Shown: in pieces, positions 8,094 to 19,800 of the stretch | Position numbering within the stretch: the first letter of the stretch is position 1 | Layout of the letters: each line of letters opens with the position of its first letter | Source of the DNA: Planctomycetota bacterium | GTDB taxonomy: Bacteria > Planctomycetota > PLA2 > JAEUHO01 | Assembly: GCA_050248855.1 (NCBI GenBank) | Contig: JBFWRP010000018.1 | Coordinates: 25,337 to 89,336 of the forward strand | Direction of reading: 5' to 3' | Length of the DNA stretch: 64,000 bases | The notes under the pieces: model-generated | The model's database searches: none | What the model saw: only the letters and a program-made list of their open reading frames with translations | What the model was told of the DNA's origin: nothing | Program-made: the position numbers and the translations under genes

Positions 8094-10879
8094 TGGTCCA
8101 GCGCACGATCCTGCTGCTCGTCGTCGTGGCACTCGGGTGGGCCCTCGCCCCGTCCTCGGCGGCCGCCGAGGAGGGTGTGGTGTTCGAGGGTGTCGTCGTG
8201 GTCGGCGACTCGCAGGAGCCCGCGCGGCGGGGAAGCATCGACCTCACTCGCACGGATCCGGCCCGCCCCCGGAGGGTCGTAGGCGTTCCGATCGGCAAGG
8301 ACGGCCGCTTCCGTGCCGAGGGGCTCGAGCCGGGAGAGTGGTCCGGGTTCGTGTTCGTGCCCTACGCACCGTGGCCCTACACGATCGTCGCTTCGGAATC
8401 GTCAGCGATCACCAGCTCGGGGAGCCTGCTCACGCTCAAGCTCGACAAGGGTGACAGTGTGATCGCCGCTCGACTGGCCCTCTTGCCGCCGAAGGTGCTC
8501 CGGGGCACCGTCCTTGATGTCGACGGCAAGCCCCTGCCCGAGGCGCAGATCGAGGTCGCTTGGGACGACGCGCTCTCCAACCCTGCTGCCATCGAGACCG
8601 ATGAGAATGGCTTCTTCGAAGTCCTCGTGCCGACACGCCAACCGTTCCGGGGTGTCGTGTCGGTCATCGTCGAGCGACACACGGCACCGCGCGTCACGTT
8701 CGACGGCGGCAATCGCTCGCGGCTCCCCGATGACTTGGTCATCCGACTCTCGCCAGGCGCGACGGTCCGGGGCGCGCTACGGTTCCCCGACGGCGAGCCC
8801 GTGGTCGGAGCCGAGGTGCGCTTGGAGCCGCGAGGCGATCGCAAGCGCATGGCGACGCACGCGGTGAAGGACACCACAACGGATGCGGCAGGTCGCTTCG
8901 AGGTCACGGGTGTCCCGACCGGCGAGTGGCAGGTCTCGGTCTCGAGCCCTGCCGAGGCCTTCGAGAAGGACTCCGTCACGGTCCGGGTCCCGACACGCGG
9001 CAATCCTGAGTCGATCGAGCTGATCGTCGACCGGGTGCATCGGGGTGCGTTCCGGCTCCGGACACCCGACGGCGCGCCACTTGTGGGGACCACCGTCGAG
9101 CTGGCGAGAACGACCTGGGCGGGAACCGAGACCTCCGGCCTGCCAGGCACCTCGGACGATGCTGGTGCCGTGGTCCTCACCGCCAGCATGCGGGGGCCCT
9201 GGTCGCTTCACCGGCTCAGCCAAACGCGTGATCGGGACGTCTTGGTCGATTCCCTCACGCTCCCGGTCACCGACTTGGAGGTCATCGCGCCAGCCCTGCC
9301 ACGGAATGAGCTGCAGGTCCGCGCGCTGCTTCCGAGTGGAGTGCCCCTCCAGGCCTTCCGCGTGGAGGTCACGTGGAAGGACGTCTCTCCGAGCGGTTCG
9401 TGGAGGACGCGCAGTCTCGCCGCCGCGCGGACAGACGCTGGACTGGCCCGGGTGAGCTTCACGGGAGCACAGGTCGTCGACGTCGCTGTGATACCCGATC
9501 CGGAGCACGTCGAGCCCGACGTCCGGACCAAGTCCGTACGTTGGGACGCCACGAGCACCCCCGAGCTGGTCGTGCAGCTAGAGCCAACCTCCTTCGGCGG
9601 AAGCGTGCACGACGAGGACGGCCAGCCCCTGTCGGGATGGCAGGTCCTGCTACGTCCGGAGCGCGGTGCCAGGGGCCGCCTGCTAGCCGAGGTGCTGACG
9701 CGCGAGGATGGCACGTTCGCGTTCGATCCAGAACGCGTCCCGCGCCGCACGCCCTACGTCCAGGTGATTTCGCCGGAGGGATATCAACCGCTTCGCCCGA
9801 TGCTCCTGGAGGCCTCCGGCTTGCCGCTGCGATTCGTCGCGCGCAAGGGAAGGCGTCTCGAAGGCCGACTCGTCATCGAGGGGACCGACGTGGATCCATC
9901 CTCCTTGAATGCGTCACTGCGCTGGGACGTGTCGACGAGCGAGTGGGAGTCGATGCTGCTCTACCCGTCGGCCCCGCTCGACGTGAGTCCCGACGGGACC
10001 TTCCGGGCGGAGGGGATTCCGACGGACCGAGACTTGTGGATTGATATCGTTCAGCCCGGTTCCGACATCAGGCTGCAGCATGCCTTGGGGGCGCGCGCGG
10101 CCAGGGACCCGCTCGTCGTCACCATCGGCCCGTTGGGGAGCTTCGCAGGCAGGGTCGACCTGGCGGGCACGCCAGACGAGGAGTCCCGCCTCGAGCTGAT
10201 CAAGCTGGACGACTTGGCACCGGAGCGGCGCGTATCGACCAAGGAGTCGGGTGAGTTCCGCGTCCCCTATGTCTCACCGGGACGCTACGAGCTGGAGCTC
10301 ACGAGGTGGGCGCGCGGCGGAAGCAACTTCGACCGCCTCCCCATCAGCGTCGGGGACACGTCGATTCACTGGCTGCCACCCAAGCTGGACCGGCTGTTGA
10401 TCTCGACGCCGTTGCCCCAGGAGCACTTGCTCCTCGTGGGCTTCCAGCGAGATCCGCTCGTGAAGCGCCTGGTCGCAACGTATCCGGCCGAGGGGCCGCT
10501 GCGCGCCCGCGGACCCAGGGACACGCCCCTCGATCTGACCCTGACCTCCGTCACCCCAGGCAGCTCCTGGGTGGCGTACGCCAAGGGCGTACGCGCCGGA
10601 CATCCCGTCAGCCTCACGGTGGGGACGGGGAGGAATCTGCGCGTCCGAGCCCGCGTTCCGTGGAGCCACCTCGAGGGCAGCCACTACTTGTCCGCTCGAG
10701 GCTCACCGGGCGTCTGGCCTCTTCTTGGAACCGCTGGAGACGGCTACGACACCCTGGTCCCCGACGGCACCTACGACATCGTCCTCTTCGCTCCGAATGG
10801 CGCATCGCGGGTTGTCCGCCGCGACGTGCGACCCGGAGGCGAGCCCATCGACCTCGGTGACTTGGAGCCGATCAAGTAG
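8093..10879 (+). CDS. Exported carboxypeptidase-regulatory-like (beta-sandwich) repeat protein, paralogue 1 (928 aa)
   Basis: ATG overlaps the hydrolase stop (TGATG); signal peptide MVQRTILL...AAAEE; repeated GxVxDxxGxP...TDxxGxF...PGxW/Y units. Confidence 0.8.
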   Translation: MVQRTILLLVVVALGWALAPSSAAAEEGVVFEGVVVVGDSQEPARRGSIDLTRTDPARPRRVVGVPIGKDGRFRAEGLEPGEWSGFVFVPYAPWPYTIVASESSAITSSGSLLTLKLDKGDSVIAARLALLPPKVLRGTVLDVDGKPLPEAQIEVAWDDALSNPAAIETDENGFFEVLVPTRQPFRGVVSVIVERHTAPRVTFDGGNRSRLPDDLVIRLSPGATVRGALRFPDGEPVVGAEVRLEPRGDRKRMATHAVKDTTTDAAGRFEVTGVPTGEWQVSVSSPAEAFEKDSVTVRVPTRGNPESIELIVDRVHRGAFRLRTPDGAPLVGTTVELARTTWAGTETSGLPGTSDDAGAVVLTASMRGPWSLHRLSQTRDRDVLVDSLTLPVTDLEVIAPALPRNELQVRALLPSGVPLQAFRVEVTWKDVSPSGSWRTRSLAAARTDAGLARVSFTGAQVVDVAVIPDPEHVEPDVRTKSVRWDATSTPELVVQLEPTSFGGSVHDEDGQPLSGWQVLLRPERGARGRLLAEVLTREDGTFAFDPERVPRRTPYVQVISPEGYQPLRPMLLEASGLPLRFVARKGRRLEGRLVIEGTDVDPSSLNASLRWDVSTSEWESMLLYPSAPLDVSPDGTFRAEGIPTDRDLWIDIVQPGSDIRLQHALGARAARDPLVVTIGPLGSFAGRVDLAGTPDEESRLELIKLDDLAPERRVSTKESGEFRVPYVSPGRYELELTRWARGGSNFDRLPISVGDTSIHWLPPKLDRLLISTPLPQEHLLLVGFQRDPLVKRLVATYPAEGPLRARGPRDTPLDLTLTSVTPGSSWVAYAKGVRAGHPVSLTVGTGRNLRVRARVPWSHLEGSHYLSARGSPGVWPLLGTAGDGYDTLVPDGTYDIVLFAPNGASRVVRRDVRPGGEPIDLGDLEPIK

Positions 10880-10992
10880 CTTGACGTCACGCGAGCTGCC
10901 GCTGGGAGAGTCGTTCAGCCCCGGCATCGGCGCCCGAGCAGGCCGGTTGCCGGGCTACACTGCCCGCGGCCATTGCCGGCTGGAGCGAAGGC

Positions 10993-13806
10993 ATGGGCTT
11001 GCATCGACAACGTCGATACTTCGTGAGAGTCGCCCTGCTTGCAGGGCTCTTGGCCACGACGATCCTGTGCGTGAATCTGCCGCTTCAGGCGGCAGATGAC
11101 GACATCGCCATCGAGGGCGTCGTACGCGATGCGTGGACAGGCCGCGGCATCCCCCACGCCGCGCTGCGCTTCGCGCCAGCAGACTCCGATGTCGGCATCG
11201 AATCCATCCTCACGAAGTGTGGTGAGACGGGTCGCTTCCGCATGGATGGGTTCTCCCCGGGCACGTGGCACGCCCACGTAGAGGCCGAGGGCTATCTGGC
11301 GGGCGGCCCAGCGGAAGAAGGGGCGGACGACGGGCGCGTGTGGTCGTTCACGATCGGCGCGTCCCCAGACGCCGAGGCGCCCCGCCTCGCACTCTGGCTC
11401 GTTCCTGAGCACACGCAGGTCCAGGGTCGCGTTGCCAACGAGGACGGCGATCCTGTTGCCAACGCCACCGTGCTCGTTCGCTGGTCCAGCGAGCGGGCCG
11501 TCGAGGAGGTGCACACCGATGACCAGGGTGCGTTCGCTGTGACTGCACCACCCACGCCTGCGTGGGCCGCAGACTGGGCGGCTCTTGCACCTGGCTACGT
11601 GGGCCCGTGGACGCATGTTGCCGTAGGTCCCGATAACCCCCTACCGGATCGGATCGACCTCGAGCTCGTCCGGGCAGCGACGGTTCGGGGAACGCTGCAC
11701 TTCCCCGACGGTGCCCCCTCTCCGGGACGCCACGTGACGCTCGGATCTCGTGCGCGCGCCGCCGGCCAGACGCCTCGCCACGGACGCGTCTTCGACACCA
11801 CGGATGCGAACGGAGCGTTCGAGCTCCACGGCGTCCCTCCGGGGCGCTGGCGTCTCGACATCCTCAAGGGCGAGGGCGGCACGTTCGTCATGGAGTCGGT
11901 GGAGCTGGACGTACAAGCCAACGCAACGAGGCCCGTCAGACTCACCGACCGTCAGACCTACCGCCTCGAGGTCAGACTCCAGGACGAAGCCGGCGCTCCC
12001 CTTCCGGACGAGCAGATCGTCCTGGTCTGCCGCTGGATGGATGGCCATCACGACACGTCGCATGGCGTGACGGACCGCGATGGCGTGGCAAGCCTGACCG
12101 CCCGCGTTCGGGGCCCCTACGAGATTGTCCAGCTCGCGGACACGGGTGAACCCCGCGTGCTGGCGCGCAACGTGATGCTGCCGAGGGATGCCATCGACCT
12201 CATCACGACGGCCTCCGTCAGGACGCGCACGACCCTGTCTCTCGTCGACGCCGACGGGGTGCCCGTCAAGCGATTCTCCGTAGTGCTCTTCGACGTGAAG
12301 GAGAGGTCGCGCACCGCTGAGCGGCTCCCGCGAGCAGATCTCCTCGAAGGCACAACCGAAGTTGGACGCCAGGTGGTCACCTTCACCGGCCCCGGCCCCG
12401 TGCGCGCAGGCATCACGTCGCGGGAAGCAGGGCCCTACGAACCGCCGGAACGCGCTTACGTCGACTTGGACTCCAAGAGCCCCGCGGCCGTGGTGGCTCG
12501 CCTCTCGCCCCCCACCACGTCACCTGCACTAGAGCTCGTTGGGCACGTCGTCGACGAGTCGGGGAAGCGGGTCGAGGGGGTCCGCGTCGAGCTAGTTGGC
12601 GATCCAATGATTCGGTCAGCGAAGCTCGCCGTGACTACGTCCGACGCCGAGGGGCGCTTCGTGTTTGCATCCGACGTGGTCCCACCTGACCACGCGTTCG
12701 TGCGGGCCGACTTCGCGGGTCCATGGCTGCCCATGCGCGTGCTTGACGCCAGCGAGCTTCCCAAGCCTCTCACGCTGCTGGCGCGCCGCGGCGGGTCGCT
12801 CGGCGGACGACTCACCGCAGACTGGCTGGAGAGCTTCCCGGACGGAGCCCGTGTCGATGCGCGCTGGGACTTGCGAGAGGGCGAGTGGGAGCTTGGGCTC
12901 GTGGGTTGGCGAGAGGGCGTCGTGGGGAGCGACGGCACGTTCACGCTCGACGGTGTGCCGACGGATCGCGCTATCCAGATCCGCGTGGCGGAGGAGACGT
13001 GGCAGGCGATCGGCGCTGCGGACTCGCGCGCCTACACAACTGCCCGAGCAGGCGAGCAGGATGTACGGCTCTGCCTCCAGCAAGCTCTCTCGCTCGCGGG
13101 GACCGTGGTGGGCATCGGCGGGTGCGACATCCATGCCGTGGCTCTCGACACCAACGAGGACTGTCGGCGGATCCACGTCCAAGAGGATGGGACGTTCCAG
13201 GTCACGGGCCTCACGCCCGGTCGATGGGAGCTCCAGATCGGCTACCCCGGGCTCCTACGACATGTGGTCATGGCAGGACAGACGGACGTTGAATGGACGC
13301 CCCCCGACGTAGCCTTCCTCGACCTGACCACCAAGCTCCCGGACGAGCCGCTGTTGTTCTGGTCCACGCTCGAAGGCGAGACGCGCCTCGCCGCCGAGAT
13401 GGAGCGGGCAGTTGACGCGCCCCCCCGCATTCCGGTTGCGCCCGGGAGCGTGGTGCATGTGACGGCAAGCGCGCTGGAGCCCGCGAGCCGTTGGGTCGCA
13501 TGGGCCCGCGGCGCGCGCTCCGGGGAGCCATTCGAGCTGCACGTGGAGCAAGGCGAGCTGCTTCGCGTGCGTGCGGACATGGTGTACGCCAGCTACGACG
13601 AGCCGCCGGACGACTTGGTCATGCGATCCTCCCGTGGCGCGTGGCGCCGCCGCATCAAAGAGCGAGGCACGCACGAGTTCCTCGTCCCCGCCGGCACCTA
13701 CGACGTGGTTTCCGTCTCCAAGAATGGCTCCGAGCGCGTCTTGGCCCGCGACGTCCGCCCCGGCGGCGACGTGATCGAGCTGGGGCGCCTCGAGCCCATC
13801 CGGTAG
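10993..13806 (+). CDS. Carboxypeptidase-regulatory-like repeat protein, paralogue 2 (937 aa)
   Basis: Signal peptide ending LQA-ADD; same repeat units; C-terminus closely similar to paralogue 1 (RDVRPGG..I.LG.LEPI). Confidence 0.8.
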   Translation: MGLHRQRRYFVRVALLAGLLATTILCVNLPLQAADDDIAIEGVVRDAWTGRGIPHAALRFAPADSDVGIESILTKCGETGRFRMDGFSPGTWHAHVEAEGYLAGGPAEEGADDGRVWSFTIGASPDAEAPRLALWLVPEHTQVQGRVANEDGDPVANATVLVRWSSERAVEEVHTDDQGAFAVTAPPTPAWAADWAALAPGYVGPWTHVAVGPDNPLPDRIDLELVRAATVRGTLHFPDGAPSPGRHVTLGSRARAAGQTPRHGRVFDTTDANGAFELHGVPPGRWRLDILKGEGGTFVMESVELDVQANATRPVRLTDRQTYRLEVRLQDEAGAPLPDEQIVLVCRWMDGHHDTSHGVTDRDGVASLTARVRGPYEIVQLADTGEPRVLARNVMLPRDAIDLITTASVRTRTTLSLVDADGVPVKRFSVVLFDVKERSRTAERLPRADLLEGTTEVGRQVVTFTGPGPVRAGITSREAGPYEPPERAYVDLDSKSPAAVVARLSPPTTSPALELVGHVVDESGKRVEGVRVELVGDPMIRSAKLAVTTSDAEGRFVFASDVVPPDHAFVRADFAGPWLPMRVLDASELPKPLTLLARRGGSLGGRLTADWLESFPDGARVDARWDLREGEWELGLVGWREGVVGSDGTFTLDGVPTDRAIQIRVAEETWQAIGAADSRAYTTARAGEQDVRLCLQQALSLAGTVVGIGGCDIHAVALDTNEDCRRIHVQEDGTFQVTGLTPGRWELQIGYPGLLRHVVMAGQTDVEWTPPDVAFLDLTTKLPDEPLLFWSTLEGETRLAAEMERAVDAPPRIPVAPGSVVHVTASALEPASRWVAWARGARSGEPFELHVEQGELLRVRADMVYASYDEPPDDLVMRSSRGAWRRRIKERGTHEFLVPAGTYDVVSVSKNGSERVLARDVRPGGDVIELGRLEPIR

Positions 13807-13916
13807 GGGCGACGGTCACACCGGGGGACGGTGTGCAAGTCGAAGCTGCGCGGCGCAAACGGCCCACGTCCTCGTACGCTGGGTGCTTGGCTCGACGGCG
13901 TGCCGGGGAAGCATCC

Positions 13917-16805
13917 ATGCTTCGATTGCTCGGTCGACTGGCTCTCGCGGCGATCCTTGGCACGACCTTGTCGTGGGCCGCCCACGCGACCCTGGGGATC
14001 GACGTGCTCCCTTCGTGCGCGGCCGAGGAACCGTCCGCCCCCGCGGCCCCGGACCTCCTGGAGGTGTCACCCCCGGCTCCGACGCTCCATCCCCCTCCGC
14101 GCGTGGGCGTCGACACGACACACGCGCCGGCCTCTCCGGGCTCGCTGTCCGGTCGCATCGTGGACGACAAGACCGGTGAGCCGATCGAGGGGGCCCTTGT
14201 ACGCGCGTGGGCTTGGCGGCGCGCCTGGCCCGATGTTTCGGTCCGTACGGATGCGGAGGGTCGCTACGAGATCTCCGCGCCGCCCCGGGGCATGGGGCCC
14301 CTGACGGTTTGGCATCCGAGGTACGCCGGGGAGTCGCTCCGCTACTGGCACAGGGACTTCGGCGAGACACGTCTTCGGCACGGCCTGCCCCTCTACGGCG
14401 TTGTCCTGGCACCGGACGGCTCTCCGGCGGCAGGCGCACGCGTCCTCTTGGCGTGGTCGGCGTGGGCCGACGGCGCTCGTGCTCATGTGGGCTCGTGGAT
14501 CGACGATGTGGCCGTCACCGCGGACGGCCGGGGTCGCTTCCGCTTGGGTTGCGTGCCCCCTGGAGCCGGCGATCTTCTTCTTGGTGCGATTCGGGGTAGC
14601 GAGATCAGTCGCTGGACCGCGCTGCCGACTGGCCCTCCACACAACGAGACGCCCGTCGTGATCCAGCTCGTGGCCAGCACGTCCGTGCGTGGCCGCGTGC
14701 TCCGAGAGGACGGAAGCGCGTCTCCCCACACCGTCGTCGAGGCCTTCGTACCGCCATCGTCGTGGACGATGGGGCCGTCAGGTCGCGTCGATTCCACGCA
14801 GAGCCAGACCGACGCGCACGGTGTCTACGAGCTGGTCGGCCTGCCGCCCATCGCGATCGAGATCGAGGCGCGTACCGACACGCCGATCCGGCTCCAGACA
14901 ACCCGGTGGTTCGTGGAGGGCACGCCCGCCGACAACCGCGAGGACCACACGCTCACGCTGCCGTACCGCCATCGTCTGGACGTCGTGCTCCACGACGAAG
15001 CAGGGGCGCCCCTGGCCGACGAAGGCGTCGTGGTCCTGCGGACGGGCGACGAGGGCGTGCCGCCCCTCGCCGTGGGGCAAACCGACGCTGCGGGTGTCGC
15101 ATCCCTGATCGTGCACCGCCCGGGGCCGTGGACCGTGCTCCGTGCGCGACCGGACGGCAACGACGTGCTCGTCCAAGGCCTCGCGCCCGACGCCACACGC
15201 TTCGAGGCGCGCCTCCCCCCGACACTCCGTCGCGCGCTGGAGCTGCAGCTCAAGCGAGAAGAAGCCATACCGCCGGCGTACGCCGCCGTCGAGGTGTGGA
15301 CGCCCGGCGCCGACCTGACGCTCGCCGCGGCCTACGTCGTGCGAGGCACGACCGACGCCGAGGGCCGTGTAACGGTCCGGGTGCCCTCCGAGGGACCTTG
15401 GGACGTACGCGTGCTCGCTGCGTCCGCGCACATGGACCAGGGTCCTCCACATGAGGGGCGGCTCGAGCGTCGGCCCGCAGATGGCGGCGTCGCCTCCGTG
15501 GAGCTCACCCACGGGCGGACGGTGCGTGGCCTGCTGCTCCACCACGACGGCACACCCTGCGCCCGTGCCCACGTCGAGCTGCGGTCGCACGGCGTCAACC
15601 GACCGAGCGTTGGTGCGCGGACGGACGACGCGGGAGCCTTCACGGCCACGTTCGTGTCCACGCTTCGCGGGCAGCTGGACCTGTTCGTCCAGCTGCCGGG
15701 GCAGGCCCACCACCACCTGGTCCACGCCCTGGGCGCGCCGGGGCCCTATCACCGGCTGCACCTGCCGCCCCTCGTCACACTGGCTGGGCAGGTACGAGCC
15801 TCCGGCGGCGCTCCGCTCGACGACCTGCCACGCCTCGTGGTGCGCGCCTCCACCGAAGCAGACTCGGCGGCGTGGCGCATGGTGCCGGTGGAGACGCCGA
15901 CGGACGTCCACGGGAGGTATCGCCTCGAGGGCGTGCCCGCGGGCCTTGCGGTCACCGTCGACGTTCCGGACAGCACGTTCAACCCCTCGTCCTGGGCTGC
16001 GGTACGCCCCGCAGTGGAGCTCGTGGCCGACGCGCCCTCCCGCCTCGTCGAGATCGAGCCCAGACATGTCCTTTCCGGCCACGTCTCCATGCTCGATCGC
16101 TGCCAAGAGGACCGGGTCTACGTCAGCTCGTACGTGGCGCGCGCCATCCCCTTGCGTCCCGATGCCCTGCCTCGATTGGCCAGGATGAACGAGGAGTGGC
16201 ACTTCGAGATCGCGCAGCTCCCGCCCGGTCCGCAGCGTGTGGAGCTCCGCGCGGTCGGAGATCCCGGCTGGAGCCTGCTGGCAGCGTCCGAGGTGGGCGC
16301 CGCGGCCTCATCGGTGCGCCTGGAGATGCCCACGACGAAGCAGCTTCTCGTTTCGCTTCCGCGTGATGACGATGATCGGTACGTGCAGCTCTCCGTGTTC
16401 AAGGCGGGAACGTCGGAGCTCGTCGCGAGGTTCGCGACGCAGAACGAGTCCGTCCTCTTTCCCGTGCCCGACGGGACGTACGACATCGCCGCGCAGACGT
16501 GGGAGCGCTGCGGCTTCCAACAACGTGTGGAGGGCAGCCACACGGTCCTCGCGCTGCAGTCCGGCGCGCCGATCTCCATCCGTCGCCGTGGCAGTGCCGC
16601 ACCGACGTGGGACGGCGAGGAGGTACGCGTCGTCGCACGCGGCCCCAACGGAACGTGGCCGCTCCAACCCCATGGAGATGGTATCCGAGGTGGGGTCCTG
16701 CCGGGCACCTACGACATCGTGGAGGTCTTCCCTGGGCAACCGGAACGGGTCTTGGCACGCGGCGTGGAGGCAGGCTCGTTCCTCCTCGACCTCGAGGTGA
16801 AGTAA
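13917..16805 (+). CDS. Carboxypeptidase-regulatory-like repeat protein, paralogue 3 (962 aa)
   Basis: Start re-called at MLRLLGRLALAAIL (hydrophobic N-terminus); GRIVDDKTGEPIEGA, TDAEGRY units. Confidence 0.8.
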   Translation: MLRLLGRLALAAILGTTLSWAAHATLGIDVLPSCAAEEPSAPAAPDLLEVSPPAPTLHPPPRVGVDTTHAPASPGSLSGRIVDDKTGEPIEGALVRAWAWRRAWPDVSVRTDAEGRYEISAPPRGMGPLTVWHPRYAGESLRYWHRDFGETRLRHGLPLYGVVLAPDGSPAAGARVLLAWSAWADGARAHVGSWIDDVAVTADGRGRFRLGCVPPGAGDLLLGAIRGSEISRWTALPTGPPHNETPVVIQLVASTSVRGRVLREDGSASPHTVVEAFVPPSSWTMGPSGRVDSTQSQTDAHGVYELVGLPPIAIEIEARTDTPIRLQTTRWFVEGTPADNREDHTLTLPYRHRLDVVLHDEAGAPLADEGVVVLRTGDEGVPPLAVGQTDAAGVASLIVHRPGPWTVLRARPDGNDVLVQGLAPDATRFEARLPPTLRRALELQLKREEAIPPAYAAVEVWTPGADLTLAAAYVVRGTTDAEGRVTVRVPSEGPWDVRVLAASAHMDQGPPHEGRLERRPADGGVASVELTHGRTVRGLLLHHDGTPCARAHVELRSHGVNRPSVGARTDDAGAFTATFVSTLRGQLDLFVQLPGQAHHHLVHALGAPGPYHRLHLPPLVTLAGQVRASGGAPLDDLPRLVVRASTEADSAAWRMVPVETPTDVHGRYRLEGVPAGLAVTVDVPDSTFNPSSWAAVRPAVELVADAPSRLVEIEPRHVLSGHVSMLDRCQEDRVYVSSYVARAIPLRPDALPRLARMNEEWHFEIAQLPPGPQRVELRAVGDPGWSLLAASEVGAAASSVRLEMPTTKQLLVSLPRDDDDRYVQLSVFKAGTSELVARFATQNESVLFPVPDGTYDIAAQTWERCGFQQRVEGSHTVLALQSGAPISIRRRGSAAPTWDGEEVRVVARGPNGTWPLQPHGDGIRGGVLPGTYDIVEVFPGQPERVLARGVEAGSFLLDLEVK

Positions 16806-16864
16806 CGGATGGCGTCGTGCTCCGGATCGATCGCACGCGGCACGCCATCCCGTAGGCAGGCTCC

Positions 16865-19800
16865 TTGAAGGCCGCAGGGACGCGCATCCTGGCAGCGCTG
16901 GCCTGCCTTGCGATCGCCGTGGCCCTTGCGTGGTGGTCGCGGGGGGCGCCGCCGGCACCGGCGGACATGGACGCGGTGCTGCCCGATGCTGCGGAATCCG
17001 AGGACGAGTCGCTGTCCGGACGCAAGCCCGCCCTCGTGGGGTCTACGCCGAGGCGCGTCGCCGCGCCTCCGCCCGGAACCGAGGTAGGGCGCGGCCCAGC
17101 GATCGCCATCGAGGTCGTCACGGCGGCGGGAGGGGCCGTCGCTCGCACGGAGGTGCGGCTGACGTGGGCCGAGCCGATCCCTCCGTCCGAACGCGTTCCG
17201 GAGGACTGGCCCGAACGCTTCTTCGAGCACGTGATCACGACAGACGAGAGCGGGCGCGCTGCGTGTGCGTACGTGGCGCCAGACGCGACGGACGTCCGCG
17301 TCTGGGTCCAGACGGCCCGCTGGGTCAGTCGCATCCAGACCGTGGACATGTCGCGCGCCCAGCAGGAGGGTCTGCGGATCGTCGCCGTGCCCGCGTGCAC
17401 CGTGGTGGGCCGCGCGCAGCTTCGCGACGGAACACCCGCCGCGCGGCGTGAGGTGCTTGTACGTCAGGCGGACTCGTCGTGGCCGCTGCCGGAGTCGATC
17501 GCCCACCGGCACGTCATGCCCTTCGATGACGTCTTGGCCCTGACGGGCGCCGACGGATCCTTTCGCGTGACAGGCCTGCCACCGGACGCCCTGGGCCTTG
17601 GCGTGGGCAGCCCCATCGCCGACGGTTCCGGTGACATCGTGTGGCTGCCCGCTCGTGAGCCCGGGAGCACCATCGATGACGTCGTGTTGGTGGCTCCTGA
17701 CGCACTCTTCCTCGCCGTCCAGCTCCGTGCGTCGGACGGCAGGTTCCTGAGCGGCGAGAGCGTAGGTGTGCGGACGCCCGGCACCGAGGGCGCGACGTTC
17801 GTCACCACGGGGCGTACCGATGCGGCGGGATGCGTGCGACTGGGCGTCGACACGGTGGGCCCGTGGGAGCTGGTCCACCTTCTGCCCGACGGGGACTCGG
17901 TGCTTCGCCACGCGGTCGAAGCCGGCGGGGAGCCGGTCCAGATCACGGCCACAGCGACACCCTGGCTCTCCGTGGAGGTCGTGGTGCAGCACCATGACGG
18001 GCGCCCTGCGTCAGGGATCAAGGTCGGCTTGGTGTCCCATGTCGTCGCCAACGAGAAGGCCGACGCTCTTGCGTCGTGGAAGATGACCCGCGAAGAAGGG
18101 CGCGCCACTTTGCATGCCCGTGGGCCGGCGAGCGACGAGGTCTCCCTGCTTCTGGGTGCCGTCAAGCCGGGCCTCGCCTGTCGCTGGACGCTCGCGACGG
18201 CCACGCTGACGAGCAAGCCAGAGCCTACTGCGACGCTCCGCACGCTCCCCAGCGTCGCCTTGTCGGGCCGCACCGTCGCGGCGGATGGTTCGCCCGCCCC
18301 AGGGGCCAGCCTGTCCTCGAGTCATGCGTACGGCACGTGGGTCCACCCCCGCCGCCATGAGATCAACGCGCCGCCCGTCATCTCCGACGCGGAAGGACGC
18401 TACGAGCTCACCGATCTGCCGCCCGTCGGGAACATGATCTACACGAGCGATCCCCATCGGTCATGGCAGACGCGGCCCACCTGGGTCTCGGCGCAAGCTC
18501 CGGGCTCGCGCCTCGAAGGCCGGGAGCTCGTCGTGCGCGACTTCGTGCCCCTTGCTTGCAAGATCGTCGGCGGCGACACCAAGCTGGCGTGGAAGGCGCG
18601 TGTCGCGGCGGTTCCCGCGGGCGAGACGACCCTGGCCAACGCGGTCTACGGTCAGCCGGACAACCAGGGCAGGGTGATGCTTGCCGCGCCCACGGCTGGT
18701 CCGTACGACATCGTCCGTGTGACGCCCCGCGGCTGGACCGTCCTGAAGCAGGGCGTGCACGGGCCGGCTCGAGAACTCGAGCTGGTGCTCGGCGACGTCT
18801 CGAGTCCGGATTCGTTCGTTCCCCTTCGTGTTCGCGTCGAGCCGCCCGCAGGGCGATCCGCCGAAGGGCGACACGTGCGCGTGTCGATGGCGAGCGATGG
18901 CGTTCGTGGCGCGGGGCTGGAGGTGTTCGGTACGACCGACCATGAGGGCCTGGCGACGATCGAAGTCCCCTTCCTTCCCCCCTGGGGCGTCTCCGTGTCC
19001 CATGCCCCCATGGGACAGATGGTGATGAACGGCGCGTGGCGCTCCCGCGTGAGTGACCTGCCGGGCGATGCCGTGCTTCGCGTCAAGATGGGAGCCCATG
19101 ATCGCGTCACGGGGCGGATCTTCCATGCGGACGGCCGTGGCGTGAGCGGGGCGCGCGTGCAGTCGGTCTTCCTCGAGCCGGATCCGGAGGCGTGGGTCAC
19201 CACCAACGAGGAGGGCGAGTACCGGCTCGGCTACAGCGATACGGATACGTCGATTGACGCAAGCCAGGGTCTGCAGATCGAGCTTCCCGGGGTCGCGCGA
19301 CGCGTCCTGACCCTCGACCAGCACGAGGGCAGCGAGCCTTGGTGGGTCCTGCGACTGCCGCCAATGGGCACGCTCCAGGGTCGGCTCCGAGCACCGGAGG
19401 GCGTGGTGCTGCCGGCGGGCCAGGCCCTGCGCATCACGTGGACGCGCAAGGAGGACGAGGCGTGGCTGACGCACGTCGTGCTCGCCGAGGTGGACGCGGG
19501 AGGCGCGTTCTCCGTGGCAGACCTCCCCGCGGACCGCGACCTCGACGTGGAGGTGCTCCCCGCCTATGTGCAAGAGGCGCGCGCCCACAGCGTGGAGCGC
19601 TTCATGCAAGCGCGCGCCGGAGGTGCGCCTACGACCATCGAGATGGCTGCCGTCCAGCCGATCGCGGGCCGCGTCGTGGGGCGGCCTGACGTGGACGTGA
19701 CCTGGCACGCGGTGCTGCGACCCGCCACCGGCACGGCCGCCCCGGTACGCGCCCAGGTGACTGATCGAGGGACGTTCGAGGCGTGGCCCCTGGCTTCCGG